This document shows positions 28,392 to 37,818 of a stretch of DNA of 64,000 bases, piece after piece. The DNA is taken from IMG/VR virus record IMGVR_UViG_3300045988_180399; one strand, written 5' to 3'. The notes below the pieces were generated by a model, which searched no databases, was not told the origin of the DNA, and worked only from the letters and a program-made list of their open reading frames with translations. The translations under genes and the position numbers were made by a program. Position 1 is the first letter of the stretch. Each line of letters begins with the position of its first letter. Origin of the DNA: a virus.

Positions 28392-30623
28392 ATGCAGGAA
28401 CCTATTTACAACAACGGCACCGTAAAGGTGGCGAAGGAGGGCGTGAGCGCCTATTTGGCGTGGTATCGCACCCTCTCCATGGCTGACGCAAAAGAGATTT
28501 CCGACGTCTGTTCAAGACTGACGAAAGAGGCGGCAAAGAACGCGGGCGTTGACCTCTACGATATTGGCCGCAACACCTTCAGCTTTTTCGGCCATCAGAC
28601 GGAAGAGAATTGGGAGAAGCAGAGAGCATCGGTTTCCGAAAAAATGCTTCAGTTCTTCCACTTCGCGGAGGAGTTTGAACAGCCTATCCGCGCAGCTCTC
28701 TGGTCGAAGGAAGCAGCGTTTTTATACATCGGCAATCCGCAGAAGGGCATCATTGTCATGGAGCCTGAGAAGTACATGACCTATACGCCGGACAGAGACT
28801 ACTCCGACCTGACGCCTGCACAGGCGATGGCGGAGCTTGGCTCGGCGGCCGTCTGCGATATGAGCATCATTCCGGTGGGTGCGGGAACCGCGCTGTCTCA
28901 GAAAACGGTCAAGGAACAGCTTAGCACTCACCAGACCGAAATTGAGAAGCTGAAAAGTGAGATGAAGGATGTCGAAGGCGCAAAGACCGGCGAACTTGCA
29001 GAACTGACAGCGCAAATTGAGGCCCTCAAGCAGGAGCTTTGGCAGAAGAAAGATAAGCTCATGGCGGAACTGAACCGCAAAATGGAGGAGATGGAAGAGA
29101 AAAAGGAACAGCTGGAGGGACAAATCTACCTGCTGGACTCCCAAATCTATGCCATCCGCTGTTATGCCGGAGAAGTCGTCAATTTCACCCGCATCCGCTC
29201 CGGCAAGAACGCGCCGGACACGGAGCCTATCGTCGTGCATCAGAAACTTCGCTTCCTCGACGAGGATTTAGGGAGGCTCGCGTCCCTGTATGAAATTCAG
29301 TGGAATGAGCTGGATATGTTTGAGAGCTTCCTCAAGCACTCTCCATACGCGCTGGACACCTTCGCACCGAACGAACGCTGCATCATGCTCGTGCGCCTCA
29401 GCCGCACCGGAAAATCCATCGGACGCGCAATGGACAATGAGGGCAGACCGTACCACAATATGCTCGACCGCTACGACTACTACCACGGCAAGACCGTTGG
29501 CATTATCATCCGAAACGGTGAAAATCTCTACCTTGGCTGGACGGATGAAAACCGCGTCCATATCAGTGACGACCTGATTCTCACCAGAGCGCAGGTCGTT
29601 ACAGAGACCGTGCCGGAGGAGCCGAAGGAATTCATCTTTGAGTCAGAGCGTAAACGGTATGTGAAAGAGCAGAGAGAACAGCGCAAGCGAATTCTGGACG
29701 GCCTTGTATCCCGCACCTTCGTCTACAACATCCTGCAAGGCGTCGTGGACCACTCCGCACTGCTCCCGCTGCCGAAGGGCGTTACGCTTGCCAAACAGTC
29801 GGAGTATGTCATCTTCTCCGTTGCGGATAAGTGGATTTCAGACAATAAGTACGGCTCCTTTACGGATATCATCGCACGCTGCAATCAGAAGGTTCAGCAG
29901 GGCGACGTACTGCTCACGACCCAGCATCTTGTCCCTGAAACGGACAGACCCGCTTTCTATCCACGGGCATGGGAGAATGTGCGTGGACGCGGCGAGCGCA
30001 ATCGCACGCATGACTGCTCTGTGGATGATTGTACGCTATATAAAGCGAATCTGGTCGAATATGACCCGCCGATTGAGATGGTGGAATTCCAGCGCCGTTC
30101 CTGCCAGGGCTGGATGGATGGTCCCTTCAAGGCGAAAGCGAAGTATTTCGACGAAAAAGAAGGGGACATCATTCTCCGGCACTATCAGACAGAGCCTGAG
30201 CGCCATGTGTTTGTGTCCGCTGAAAAGAGCGGCGAATGGAATTGGAACCGTACAAGCGCCGCAAATGCCCGTGCGAACTTCGAGCTATACGATGGCGAGT
30301 ATATCAACCTGACTTACCTCAATTCGGTCTGGCTGGAATATGTGGTCACAAACAAGTCTCTCGGTGACTGGCGCATCGGCGGCATTGCCGTGGACTATGC
30401 CTACGCCATCCGCTATCTCAAGACAACATTGGATTTCATCCGGAAGAGGGAAGCAGAGGAAAAAACGCTTCTGGACGCTGTGGACACCAGCATCTGCCGG
30501 GACACGGAATGGCCGGTAAAGCTGTCTGAGTGGAAGCTGCGCGCCGGTGTCCGAACCATTACGGAATACCAGGCCAAACGCTTCGCAGCGGCTCTTGGAA
30601 AGGAGGCGCAGACGCATGGTTAA
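28392..30623 (+). CDS. large hypothetical protein with central coiled-coil
   Basis: 743 aa; no Walker motifs; coiled-coil around residues 180-260. Confidence 0.5.
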   Translation: MQEPIYNNGTVKVAKEGVSAYLAWYRTLSMADAKEISDVCSRLTKEAAKNAGVDLYDIGRNTFSFFGHQTEENWEKQRASVSEKMLQFFHFAEEFEQPIRAALWSKEAAFLYIGNPQKGIIVMEPEKYMTYTPDRDYSDLTPAQAMAELGSAAVCDMSIIPVGAGTALSQKTVKEQLSTHQTEIEKLKSEMKDVEGAKTGELAELTAQIEALKQELWQKKDKLMAELNRKMEEMEEKKEQLEGQIYLLDSQIYAIRCYAGEVVNFTRIRSGKNAPDTEPIVVHQKLRFLDEDLGRLASLYEIQWNELDMFESFLKHSPYALDTFAPNERCIMLVRLSRTGKSIGRAMDNEGRPYHNMLDRYDYYHGKTVGIIIRNGENLYLGWTDENRVHISDDLILTRAQVVTETVPEEPKEFIFESERKRYVKEQREQRKRILDGLVSRTFVYNILQGVVDHSALLPLPKGVTLAKQSEYVIFSVADKWISDNKYGSFTDIIARCNQKVQQGDVLLTTQHLVPETDRPAFYPRAWENVRGRGERNRTHDCSVDDCTLYKANLVEYDPPIEMVEFQRRSCQGWMDGPFKAKAKYFDEKEGDIILRHYQTEPERHVFVSAEKSGEWNWNRTSAANARANFELYDGEYINLTYLNSVWLEYVVTNKSLGDWRIGGIAVDYAYAIRYLKTTLDFIRKREAEEKTLLDAVDTSICRDTEWPVKLSEWKLRAGVRTITEYQAKRFAAALGKEAQTHG

Positions 30624-30813
30624 TTCTCCTTGTCTCGACTGCCCCGACCGCGCTCCCGGATGCCACAAGCCGGAGGTGTGTTCTGCATGGGCGGAGTTTC
30701 AGAAAGCGCTGACGGCGGAAAAGGACATGATTGACGAGGCTCAGAAACCGCTTAAAGCATTCGACGAATACAAAATCGCACGACGCAAGTGGCATCATCA
30801 TTCGCGGCGGTAG
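30617..30813 (+). CDS. small Cys-rich (zinc-ribbon-like) protein
   Basis: 65 aa; CLDCPDRAPGCHKPEVC; start ATG overlaps stop of upstream gene (ATGGTTAA). Confidence 0.4.
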
Positions 30814-30915
30814 CTATTTGCGCACAAAGTCCTATGTGATATGCTGTATTTGAAGAACCCCCAAAAGCAAGCCGAGCGCTCCTGGAATTGGAGCGTTTAG
30901 CTTTTCTCAAACGAA

Positions 30916-30944
30916 TTGACAATTAAGCTAATATGTGGTATAAT
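30916..30944 (+). promoter_or_regulatory. sigma-A type promoter TTGACA-N17-TGTGGTATAAT
   Basis: -35 30916-30921, -10 30939-30944. Confidence 0.65.
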
Positions 30945-30973
30945 GTAAATATAGAGGTTCGGGGGGTGCTGCA

Positions 30974-32842
30974 TTGGATTACCACACTTTTTGCCAAAAA
31001 TTCAATATTTGCGGACTCAACGAACAGCAGGAAGCCGCTGTCCGGCGCGTGAATGGAGCAACGCTGCTCCTTGCTGTGCCGGGAAGCGGAAAAACTACGG
31101 TCATCGTAGCGAGAACCGGCTATCTCATGTATGTCGCAGGCGTACAGCCGGAGAACATCCTGACCATCACATATACCCGCGCGGCGGCGAAGGAGATGAA
31201 AGAGCGCTTCGCAAAGAAGTTTGCGACGGAACGGATGCCGGCATTCTCCACCATCAACAGCTTCTGCCTGTCCGTCATCAATACCTGCGTGAAAGAAAAG
31301 TATATCCATGTGCCAAAGCTGGTGCCGAACAATGAGAGCATCATCCGCGCCATCGCAGCGAAGATGCTCCCGGAGTACCCCAGCGACTCGCAGGTACGGT
31401 CACTGGCGCAGAAGGTGTGTAAAGTAAAGAACAAGCTCATGACCTTGCAGGAAATCGAGGCCATTGAGGAAAACAGCCTTGAGTTCCCCGTGTTTTATCA
31501 GGCGTACAAGCTGTATATGAGCGAACACGACCTGATGGATTTTGATGACCAACTGCTCATGGCTAATGATTTGCTGGATGAATACCCGGACATCTTACAG
31601 CGGGCGCATGAGAAGTTCCGCTATGTGAGCGTGGACGAGGCGCAGGACACCTCGTATGTCCAGCACCTTATCGTCCGGAAGCTGGTTGGCCGGAACGGCA
31701 ATATCTTCATGGTCGGAGACGAAGACCAGAGCATCTACGGCTTCCGGGGCGCGTATCCTGCTGCATTGCTGGACTTCCAGAGCAACTATAACGAACCCTG
31801 TATCCTGCGTATGGAGACCAATTACCGCAGCGACAGGAACATCGTCTTAGCGGCCAATCAGTTCATCAAACGGAATACGAGGCGACTCGACAAGAATATG
31901 CGTGCCCAGTCTCAAAAGGACGGAGCCATCGTCGTGACCTGCATCGACCGCATGGAACAGCAGGCAGAGCTTCTGCTGGAGCGCATCCGGAATCAGAAGC
32001 CGGATGAATCTCTGGCAATTCTGTATCGGAATAACGACTCCGCTATCCCCCTTATCAATCTGCTCCAGATGAACGGCATTCAGGTTCAAACCAGAGATGC
32101 GACGGGGACGTTCTTGACGAACTACGTCATTCGGGACCTGCTCGACTTTATGCTCCTGGCCCTGAACCCTGCTGACACCACCGCTTTTGGGCATCTGTAC
32201 TACAAAATGGGACTTTACATGAAGGGTGTCACCGCCAAGCGCATTATCGAGGCGGTTGAAGAAGGGGAGTGCCGGAACGTATTCAGCGCCGCGATGAAAT
32301 TCGCGGGCGGCAAGGGAGACACATGGAAAATAGGATGCCTGCCGAGGGACTTTTCAGACATTGCGAAGAAGAAGCCCGTCGAGGCTATCGACTACATTCT
32401 GTTCGTGCTCGACTATTGGAACAACTGGCTGACGAAGAAAATTGACGCCGGTGCTTCCGAGCAGTTTATCCGCCTGCGTATCAGCATTTTGAAGATGGTA
32501 GCGGAGAAGTATTCGACCATTCCGGACTTTCTTGCCGCACTCAAAAACATCACGGAATATAAGGGCTGCGAGGATTCCAATGTGACCGTTACCACCATCC
32601 ATTCCAGTAAAGGTCTGGAGTTCGATAAGGTCATCTTAATCGACATGGTATCTGGCATCATTCCCGGTGACAGCGACGACCGCGACGCGGAGGATGACGA
32701 AGAGGATGCACGAGCATTCTACGTCGGAGCGACGCGGGCGCGGCACGAACTGGAAATCATCACCTGCCGAAAGATGTACGAAGAAAAACTGGAAGTATCT
32801 GAATTTGTGCCGCGTCTGCTGGCGGCGGGGAAAGGAGACTGA
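30974..32842 (+). CDS. UvrD/PcrA/Rep-family SF1A DNA helicase
   Basis: 622 aa; motif I AVPGSGKTTV, Ia TITYTRAAAKEMKER, II VDEAQDT, later motifs VGDEDQSIYGFRGA and YRS. Confidence 0.8.
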   Translation: MDYHTFCQKFNICGLNEQQEAAVRRVNGATLLLAVPGSGKTTVIVARTGYLMYVAGVQPENILTITYTRAAAKEMKERFAKKFATERMPAFSTINSFCLSVINTCVKEKYIHVPKLVPNNESIIRAIAAKMLPEYPSDSQVRSLAQKVCKVKNKLMTLQEIEAIEENSLEFPVFYQAYKLYMSEHDLMDFDDQLLMANDLLDEYPDILQRAHEKFRYVSVDEAQDTSYVQHLIVRKLVGRNGNIFMVGDEDQSIYGFRGAYPAALLDFQSNYNEPCILRMETNYRSDRNIVLAANQFIKRNTRRLDKNMRAQSQKDGAIVVTCIDRMEQQAELLLERIRNQKPDESLAILYRNNDSAIPLINLLQMNGIQVQTRDATGTFLTNYVIRDLLDFMLLALNPADTTAFGHLYYKMGLYMKGVTAKRIIEAVEEGECRNVFSAAMKFAGGKGDTWKIGCLPRDFSDIAKKKPVEAIDYILFVLDYWNNWLTKKIDAGASEQFIRLRISILKMVAEKYSTIPDFLAALKNITEYKGCEDSNVTVTTIHSSKGLEFDKVILIDMVSGIIPGDSDDRDAEDDEEDARAFYVGATRARHELEIITCRKMYEEKLEVSEFVPRLLAAGKGD

Positions 32843-32844
32843 AA

Positions 32845-33216
32845 ATGCCGGATGCAAAGAGCAGCACGGTCGTAGTGCAGCGCGGCGTCTACACGGTGGC
32901 CAGAAAAACTGTGGACACGGAGGGCAACACCATCCGGGAAACACCGCCGCAATGGCGGGAAGACATCACCGGCGGCTCTATCATCACCTGTCCCATAGAC
33001 CCGGAAACGGACGAGCCGCTGTGCGACGCAGAGCTGGTGTCTGCCATGTCACAGGACGTGCTTCTCGACAATCTCGGAAAGGCGCTGGGCTTCCACTGGC
33101 CGAACTTCGCCGCCATCTTTGAGAAGATGCGGGAAAGCGAGGTGGATTTCTGCCAGTTCTGCGGCGAGGACCTGCAAAAGTGTATGCTTTGCCCCTTCAA
33201 TTCCTACAACAATTAG
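32845..33216 (+). CDS. hypothetical protein (C-terminal Cys cluster)
   Basis: 123 aa, starts 3 nt after helicase stop. Confidence 0.4.
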   Translation: MPDAKSSTVVVQRGVYTVARKTVDTEGNTIRETPPQWREDITGGSIITCPIDPETDEPLCDAELVSAMSQDVLLDNLGKALGFHWPNFAAIFEKMRESEVDFCQFCGEDLQKCMLCPFNSYNN

Positions 33217-33274
33217 TCGGCACTCCCGCCGAATAAATGACAGGAATCAGTAAATTTTTCAGGAGGAATGAACA

Positions 33275-33877
33275 ATGACTTTTGTTAGTTTTGCTCTGGA
33301 ATTAGGGCGGCTCATGATGCCGCAGCTTGCGGTACTCATTGTGCTATGGGTGTTGTGCGATTTCGCCGTGGGCAAGCTCAATGCGCCGAGACCGCTGGTG
33401 CTTGCGGTTCTGTGGCTATTCCTACTCATTGAAACACTGAACGTCGGCAGCCGCGTGACGCTGTTCTTCCAGAGCCGGGAGTTCCAGATTCCCAAAGTCT
33501 CTCTTGGTATCCAGCTTGTGCTGCTGGCAGTCCTGGTGGGCTTGCCGGCTGCGAAGTATTTCGTGGAGAAGAAGTTCGCCAACTGCGGTGCTGTGAGTAA
33601 GGCGCTCGCTTTATTCTTCCATACCGTTCTTTCCCTCACAGCGGCGATTGTACTGCTGGCAAGCCTGTATTCTGTAGTTATGGCACGGGCGGATTTCCCT
33701 GCGGGTACTGCTGATGCCGTCTGCTTTGTTGTGGCGGTATTGGCGCTGTATCAGCCATTACTTGTGTACTTTGGCGGAAACAGGCTGGACGATATCCTGT
33801 CGCTCATTCGGCAGGCCAATCGCAACGCGGTGTCTGTCCATCAGAATGATACGAACCATGTCAGCGCAGGTAAGTAA
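33275..33877 (+). CDS. hypothetical integral membrane protein
   Basis: 200 aa; 5-6 TM helices. Confidence 0.45.
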   Translation: MTFVSFALELGRLMMPQLAVLIVLWVLCDFAVGKLNAPRPLVLAVLWLFLLIETLNVGSRVTLFFQSREFQIPKVSLGIQLVLLAVLVGLPAAKYFVEKKFANCGAVSKALALFFHTVLSLTAAIVLLASLYSVVMARADFPAGTADAVCFVVAVLALYQPLLVYFGGNRLDDILSLIRQANRNAVSVHQNDTNHVSAGK

Positions 33878-34196
33878 ACACGCGAGGAAGCGTACAAAAC
33901 AGCGTGCTGGTCTCGGCAAAAGAGCAGCCGTGCGCAATGCACAGAAAGCCTTTGACTTTGGCGTGAAGCACTCGGAGACCAGAGGCCACCTGAATGGATA
34001 CCTTGCATCCATCCGCTTCAAAAACAAAACCATCAACAATATTCGAGTATATCACCGGCACGTCTATCTGTTTGCAGGGGATGTCCTCGTAACGGTGCTC
34101 AATCTACCAAACAGCTTGTGGTCGCAGGCAGAGTCCTGTGAGAAGAGAAAAAACATGAGTCTCGAATGTCCTGTCAATCAGGACGCTGCTCTTTAG
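33858..34196 (+). CDS. hypothetical basic protein (possible RelE/ParE-like fold)
   Basis: 112 aa from ATG 33858, overlapping upstream gene end; weak RelE/YoeB-like C-terminal pattern RVYHRHVYLFAGDVLVTVL. Confidence 0.3.
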   Translation: MSAQVSKHARKRTKQRAGLGKRAAVRNAQKAFDFGVKHSETRGHLNGYLASIRFKNKTINNIRVYHRHVYLFAGDVLVTVLNLPNSLWSQAESCEKRKNMSLECPVNQDAAL

Positions 34197-34711
34197 CTTT
34201 ACCCCGCCGAATAGCGGGCGGGTGCGCCGGAAACTCCGGCCCAGCCTCCTATGAAGAAAATCCAGCTTGTTCGTCACAAGGGCGGCTGGGTGCGGCTTCC
34301 CCAGGCGGCAGCCGGGGCAAAAGAATAACCGCCTGCGGATAAACCGTGGGCGGCAGAAATTGACAAAGCGGGGCCTTTTTGGTAAGATAACAATGCTCCA
34401 AAAGGAGCCAGAAAGGCGTTACCATATACGGTAGGCGGTCGGCACTTCCCTGTGGAGGGAGGTGATGCCAATGGTTACTTACGAATCGCTTTTTGCGTAT
34501 TCTCTTGTTATCATCGGCCTTGTGGGTCTGATAGTTCAGATTTGCAAACGAAAATGACCGCCCCTCGCCAAAGGAAGACGGTCATTTCGTTTGACTCTAT
34601 TCTCTTAGGCTGACCGCTTATCGGTATCGCCTTTCTGCTTTTATTATACACCAGCAAGCCGCTTTGTCAAGCAAGACAAGGCGGCTTTTGCCGTCGGAAA
34701 GGAGTTTTCCT

Positions 34712-35209
34712 ATGAAAAACATCATGCTCAGCATCCGACCTGAGTGGCTCCAGAAAATCCTGTCGGGCCAGAAGACCGTGGAGCTGCGCCTGTCCAGACC
34801 GAACCTTACGCCGCCCTTCATGGTATTTCTCTACTGCTCCTGCAAGGGTACAAAGAAGCCCGGTGAAATTCTTGAAATCCATAGCGGCGGCAAAATCTAC
34901 AAGGCAAACGGTCTTGTGGTAGGGGAGTTTACCTGTACCGAAATTGACCGTGTGGTGCGCGTGGGCTATATGGGCAGCAACGCGCCGCTTCAATACTGTG
35001 TCAACGCACAACCTGGAAACTACACCCCAGCGGGGAAACTGTATGAGGACGCCTGCCTCACCGTGAAGCAAGCAGAGGACTACCTCTGTGGCCGCGTGGG
35101 ATACGGATGGCACATCTCTGATGTGCAGACCTATGACCGGCCCAAGAGCCTCGACTGCTTCGCACTTGCGAGAGCACCGCAGAGTTGGCAGTACGTCCAC
35201 GATTTTTAA
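34712..35209 (+). CDS. ASCH domain protein
   Basis: 165 aa; N-terminal MKNIMLSIRPEWLQKILSGQKTVELR typical of ASCH domain. Confidence 0.55.
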   Translation: MKNIMLSIRPEWLQKILSGQKTVELRLSRPNLTPPFMVFLYCSCKGTKKPGEILEIHSGGKIYKANGLVVGEFTCTEIDRVVRVGYMGSNAPLQYCVNAQPGNYTPAGKLYEDACLTVKQAEDYLCGRVGYGWHISDVQTYDRPKSLDCFALARAPQSWQYVHDF

Positions 35210-35224
35210 GGAGGGATTCAAAAA

Positions 35225-35443
35225 ATGGCAAATTACAGAGTTTGTTTTCGGCTGCCCACATTTGTGGTACAGCTGAGCTTTGAGGCGGCAGAGAGGGATA
35301 TCTCATACGAGGAAATTGCCGCATCCATCAACAAAGAGAAGGTCGCGGAACTTCTGTGTCTTGACGCACTGGGCTACAGTGCGGAAGACATAGAAATCAT
35401 CACCCCGGAAGAGTATGACGAGGAGATGTCCGGTGATGACTGA
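35225..35443 (+). CDS. small acidic hypothetical protein
   Basis: 72 aa ORF. Confidence 0.3.
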   Translation: MANYRVCFRLPTFVVQLSFEAAERDISYEEIAASINKEKVAELLCLDALGYSAEDIEIITPEEYDEEMSGDD

Positions 35444-36080
35444 GAACTCAACCGGACGGAAGGAATGCACCCGCCAGCTTTCCGCCATGCTGGAGCGACA
35501 CATCGACCCGCGCAACGACCCACGCATCTACTGGGCGAAAGAGGTCACATTCGATTACTCGACCAATCACAAAATCCGCGTGGACTATATGCGCTTCCAG
35601 CCGCTCAACAATACGACCTCCGGCATTGAGAAGGGGGACTTCTACGCCTATGAGGTGAAGTCCTCCGTGGAGGATTTTAAGTCTCCTAACGGACACAATT
35701 TCATCGCGGACTACAACTACTACGTTATGCCCGCAGACGTCTTCGAAGCGGTGAAGGATACTGTGCCATACGGCGTCGGTGTGCTTTGCCCGGACGGCGG
35801 GCATCTGCGATGCGTGAGGAAAGCCGTGAGGAAGGACCGAACCAGACCGGTCAGCGAGATGCTGCTCATGCTGTGGCGCAGCTCACGAAGAGATTTTCTC
35901 ACCACTGACGTGGCCCCGGTAATGCACACCAGCTGGGCGCATCTTGGCGGGGACGAGTGGTGTTGCCCTGCGTGCGGCTTTGTCATTACCACTGAGGGCA
36001 GTTGGGACAAGCCTACCAAAAAATACTGCGAGGATTGCGGGGCCAAGATGGACGGAGGTGCTGACCATGAATCTGGTTGA
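35415..36080 (+). CDS. PD-(D/E)XK nuclease-like protein (MmcB/DUF1052-like) with C-terminal zinc ribbon
   Basis: 221 aa; D...E(Y)EVKSS catalytic-like motif, C-terminal CCPACG...CEDCG. Confidence 0.35.
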   Translation: MTRRCPVMTENSTGRKECTRQLSAMLERHIDPRNDPRIYWAKEVTFDYSTNHKIRVDYMRFQPLNNTTSGIEKGDFYAYEVKSSVEDFKSPNGHNFIADYNYYVMPADVFEAVKDTVPYGVGVLCPDGGHLRCVRKAVRKDRTRPVSEMLLMLWRSSRRDFLTTDVAPVMHTSWAHLGGDEWCCPACGFVITTEGSWDKPTKKYCEDCGAKMDGGADHESG

Positions 36081-36357
36081 TATTGATAAATTGGGCGTGG
36101 GGCGGTGCAGCAAAGATGTTCTCCCTGCGGCGTATTGTGCTGGTTGGAACGGCTTACTTGGCTTGCTCGAAAAAGCCCCCACTGTGGATGCCGTGCCGGT
36201 GGTGCGATGTGAGGGCTGTGTATTTTCGCAATCAGACGGTTGGGTTTGCGGTGGTACATCTCTCATGCCGCAGCATCGAACATTTCCAAATAGTTTTTGC
36301 AGCGACGGAGAAAGGAAAAACAAAAATGACAAAGAAACAAACGACAGACAAGATTAA
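36067..36357 (+). CDS. small Cys-rich hypothetical protein
   Basis: 97 aa, ATG overlaps upstream stop (ATGA); CxxC..CxGC pattern. Confidence 0.25.
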   Translation: MNLVDIDKLGVGRCSKDVLPAAYCAGWNGLLGLLEKAPTVDAVPVVRCEGCVFSQSDGWVCGGTSLMPQHRTFPNSFCSDGERKNKNDKETNDRQD

Positions 36358-36724
36358 CCAGCCTGAGTTTGCCCCGGAGGAGTGGCGGAAGGCGGCCATT
36401 ATGTACGATACATCCTTTGCCTGGTGTAAGAATCAAATTTCAGCCTGGGGTAAGAATCAAATTTCATTTACACCGGGCTTTAACGAGATGTTCGATGAAG
36501 CGCTGGACACACTTCCTGAGCGAAACCGCGATATCGTCCAAAAGTATTTTCGTGACAGAATGACGTTTTCGCAAATCGCCGACCTGCACGGCACCAGCAG
36601 AAGCATAGTTCGCCATCTGTGTATCTGGACGGTATGGAAGGTCATGAATTTGATTCTGCTGCGAGAAGGAAGCAGCCAAAATGCCGCGCCACAAACAGGC
36701 GGAGGAACTGAAGGTGGGTATTGA
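36326..36724 (+). CDS. small sigma-70 region-4 (HTH) domain protein / ECF-like sigma factor fragment
   Basis: 132 aa from ATG 36326 (RBS GGAGAAAGG); LDTLPERNRDIVQKYFRDRMTFSQIADLHGTSRSIVRHL = sigma region 4.2-like HTH; contains 24-nt in-frame tandem duplication. Confidence 0.45.
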   Translation: MTKKQTTDKINQPEFAPEEWRKAAIMYDTSFAWCKNQISAWGKNQISFTPGFNEMFDEALDTLPERNRDIVQKYFRDRMTFSQIADLHGTSRSIVRHLCIWTVWKVMNLILLREGSSQNAAPQTGGGTEGGY

Positions 36725-37208
36725 CATCAATAGCCTGCCGCTTTCCGCACAGATTCAGGTGCGTGCAAAGCTCGACGAGCAGAAGCGCGAACAGAAACAG
36801 CAGCAAGCAAAAAAACAGCCGGAAGCACAGAAAAGGCAAAAACAGCCGAAAGAAGCGGACGCTGCTGAGCCATCCAAATATCGCAACATAAAGGTCATTC
36901 GTGTGGTGGATGGAGAAACCGTGAAATTCCCCAGCAAGCGGGAGGCACGGCGCTTCGATGAACTGTATTTGCAGTACAAGGGCGGTGCAATCCAGGACCT
37001 GCGGCTCCAGCAGGACTTCACGCTGGTCGAGGGCTATACACGGCCAAATGGCAAGCGGGTTCGCCCAATGGTCTATAAGGCAGATTTCGTATACCTTCGC
37101 AACGGTAAACGCATCGTGGAAGACGCGAAGGGAAAACGAACCGAAAAGTATCTCATGAAACGCAAACTCATGTTGGAAAAGTACGGAATCGAAATTTCGG
37201 AGGTGTAA
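36681..37208 (+). CDS. DUF1064 family protein (phage/plasmid associated)
   Basis: 175 aa; pattern KYRNIKV...G..FDS..EARR...L.....G.I.DL..Q..F.L......G...R...Y.ADF.Y...G...VEDAKG..T matches DUF1064. Confidence 0.5.
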   Translation: MPRHKQAEELKVGIDINSLPLSAQIQVRAKLDEQKREQKQQQAKKQPEAQKRQKQPKEADAAEPSKYRNIKVIRVVDGETVKFPSKREARRFDELYLQYKGGAIQDLRLQQDFTLVEGYTRPNGKRVRPMVYKADFVYLRNGKRIVEDAKGKRTEKYLMKRKLMLEKYGIEISEV

Positions 37209-37213
37209 TATCA

Positions 37214-37717
37214 ATGTTTGAAAACGGTAAGTTCCCAACGATTGAAGAGCTTTTGGAACGGGGAGAACACCTCATTCAGAAGGCAGTTGACGGAAAAAGA
37301 TTAAGCGGCGAGGAAACGCATTTTCTCGAATTGCAAAATATATGGCTTGCGCAAAGGAGGGATGAACAGGAAAAAAACTGCGCGCGTCCTCTTGTGGAGC
37401 AGCTCAAGAAAACAAACCCCTTTGTGCAGGATGTATTCCGCAGCACCGAATATTCCGAGTTCGCCCTCTGGTGCATTGAGATTCCCACTACCGCCAGCCG
37501 GCACAACGAGGACGGCTCAAACGACATCTGCGGTTGTTGGATTACGGCAGACAACAGCGCGACCTACGAGGAGATGTGTCGCCGTCTGGAAGGAGTGAAG
37601 ACGAAAGCCGATATTCTGGCTCTCTCCACCACGCCAAGTACCGTTGAGGCAATCAGTACGGCCACACCGCGCTGGAGGGCGGAGGTGGAGCAACTCCGAG
37701 CACAACAGCAAAAATAG
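37214..37717 (+). CDS. hypothetical protein
   Basis: 167 aa ORF starting 6 nt after DUF1064 stop. Confidence 0.4.
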   Translation: MFENGKFPTIEELLERGEHLIQKAVDGKRLSGEETHFLELQNIWLAQRRDEQEKNCARPLVEQLKKTNPFVQDVFRSTEYSEFALWCIEIPTTASRHNEDGSNDICGCWITADNSATYEEMCRRLEGVKTKADILALSTTPSTVEAISTATPRWRAEVEQLRAQQQK

Positions 37718-37733
37718 TCTCTCCCATCCTGGA

Positions 37734-37764
37734 AGGCCGTCAGCACATCGCTGGCGGCCTTTTG
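37734..37764 (+). terminator. rho-independent terminator
   Basis: AGGCCGTCAGC..GCTGGCGGCCT + TTTG. Confidence 0.5.
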
Positions 37765-37765
37765 A

Positions 37766-37794
37766 TTGACAAGTAAGCTATTGTGTGGTATAAT
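37766..37794 (+). promoter_or_regulatory. sigma-A type promoter TTGACA-N17-TGTGGTATAAT
   Basis: -35 37766-37771, -10 37789-37794. Confidence 0.65.
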
Positions 37795-37818
37795 TGCTGC
37801 ATTCAATGAAGGGGGGGT

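Noticed and set aside
36077-36325. N-terminal 83 codons of the ORF-track entry 36077..36724
   Set aside because: This upstream part has no RBS and reads through the end of the preceding gene. A good RBS plus ATG at 36326 gives a compact sigma region-4 protein. The upstream part is better explained by the alternative-frame small Cys-rich ORF 36067..36357.
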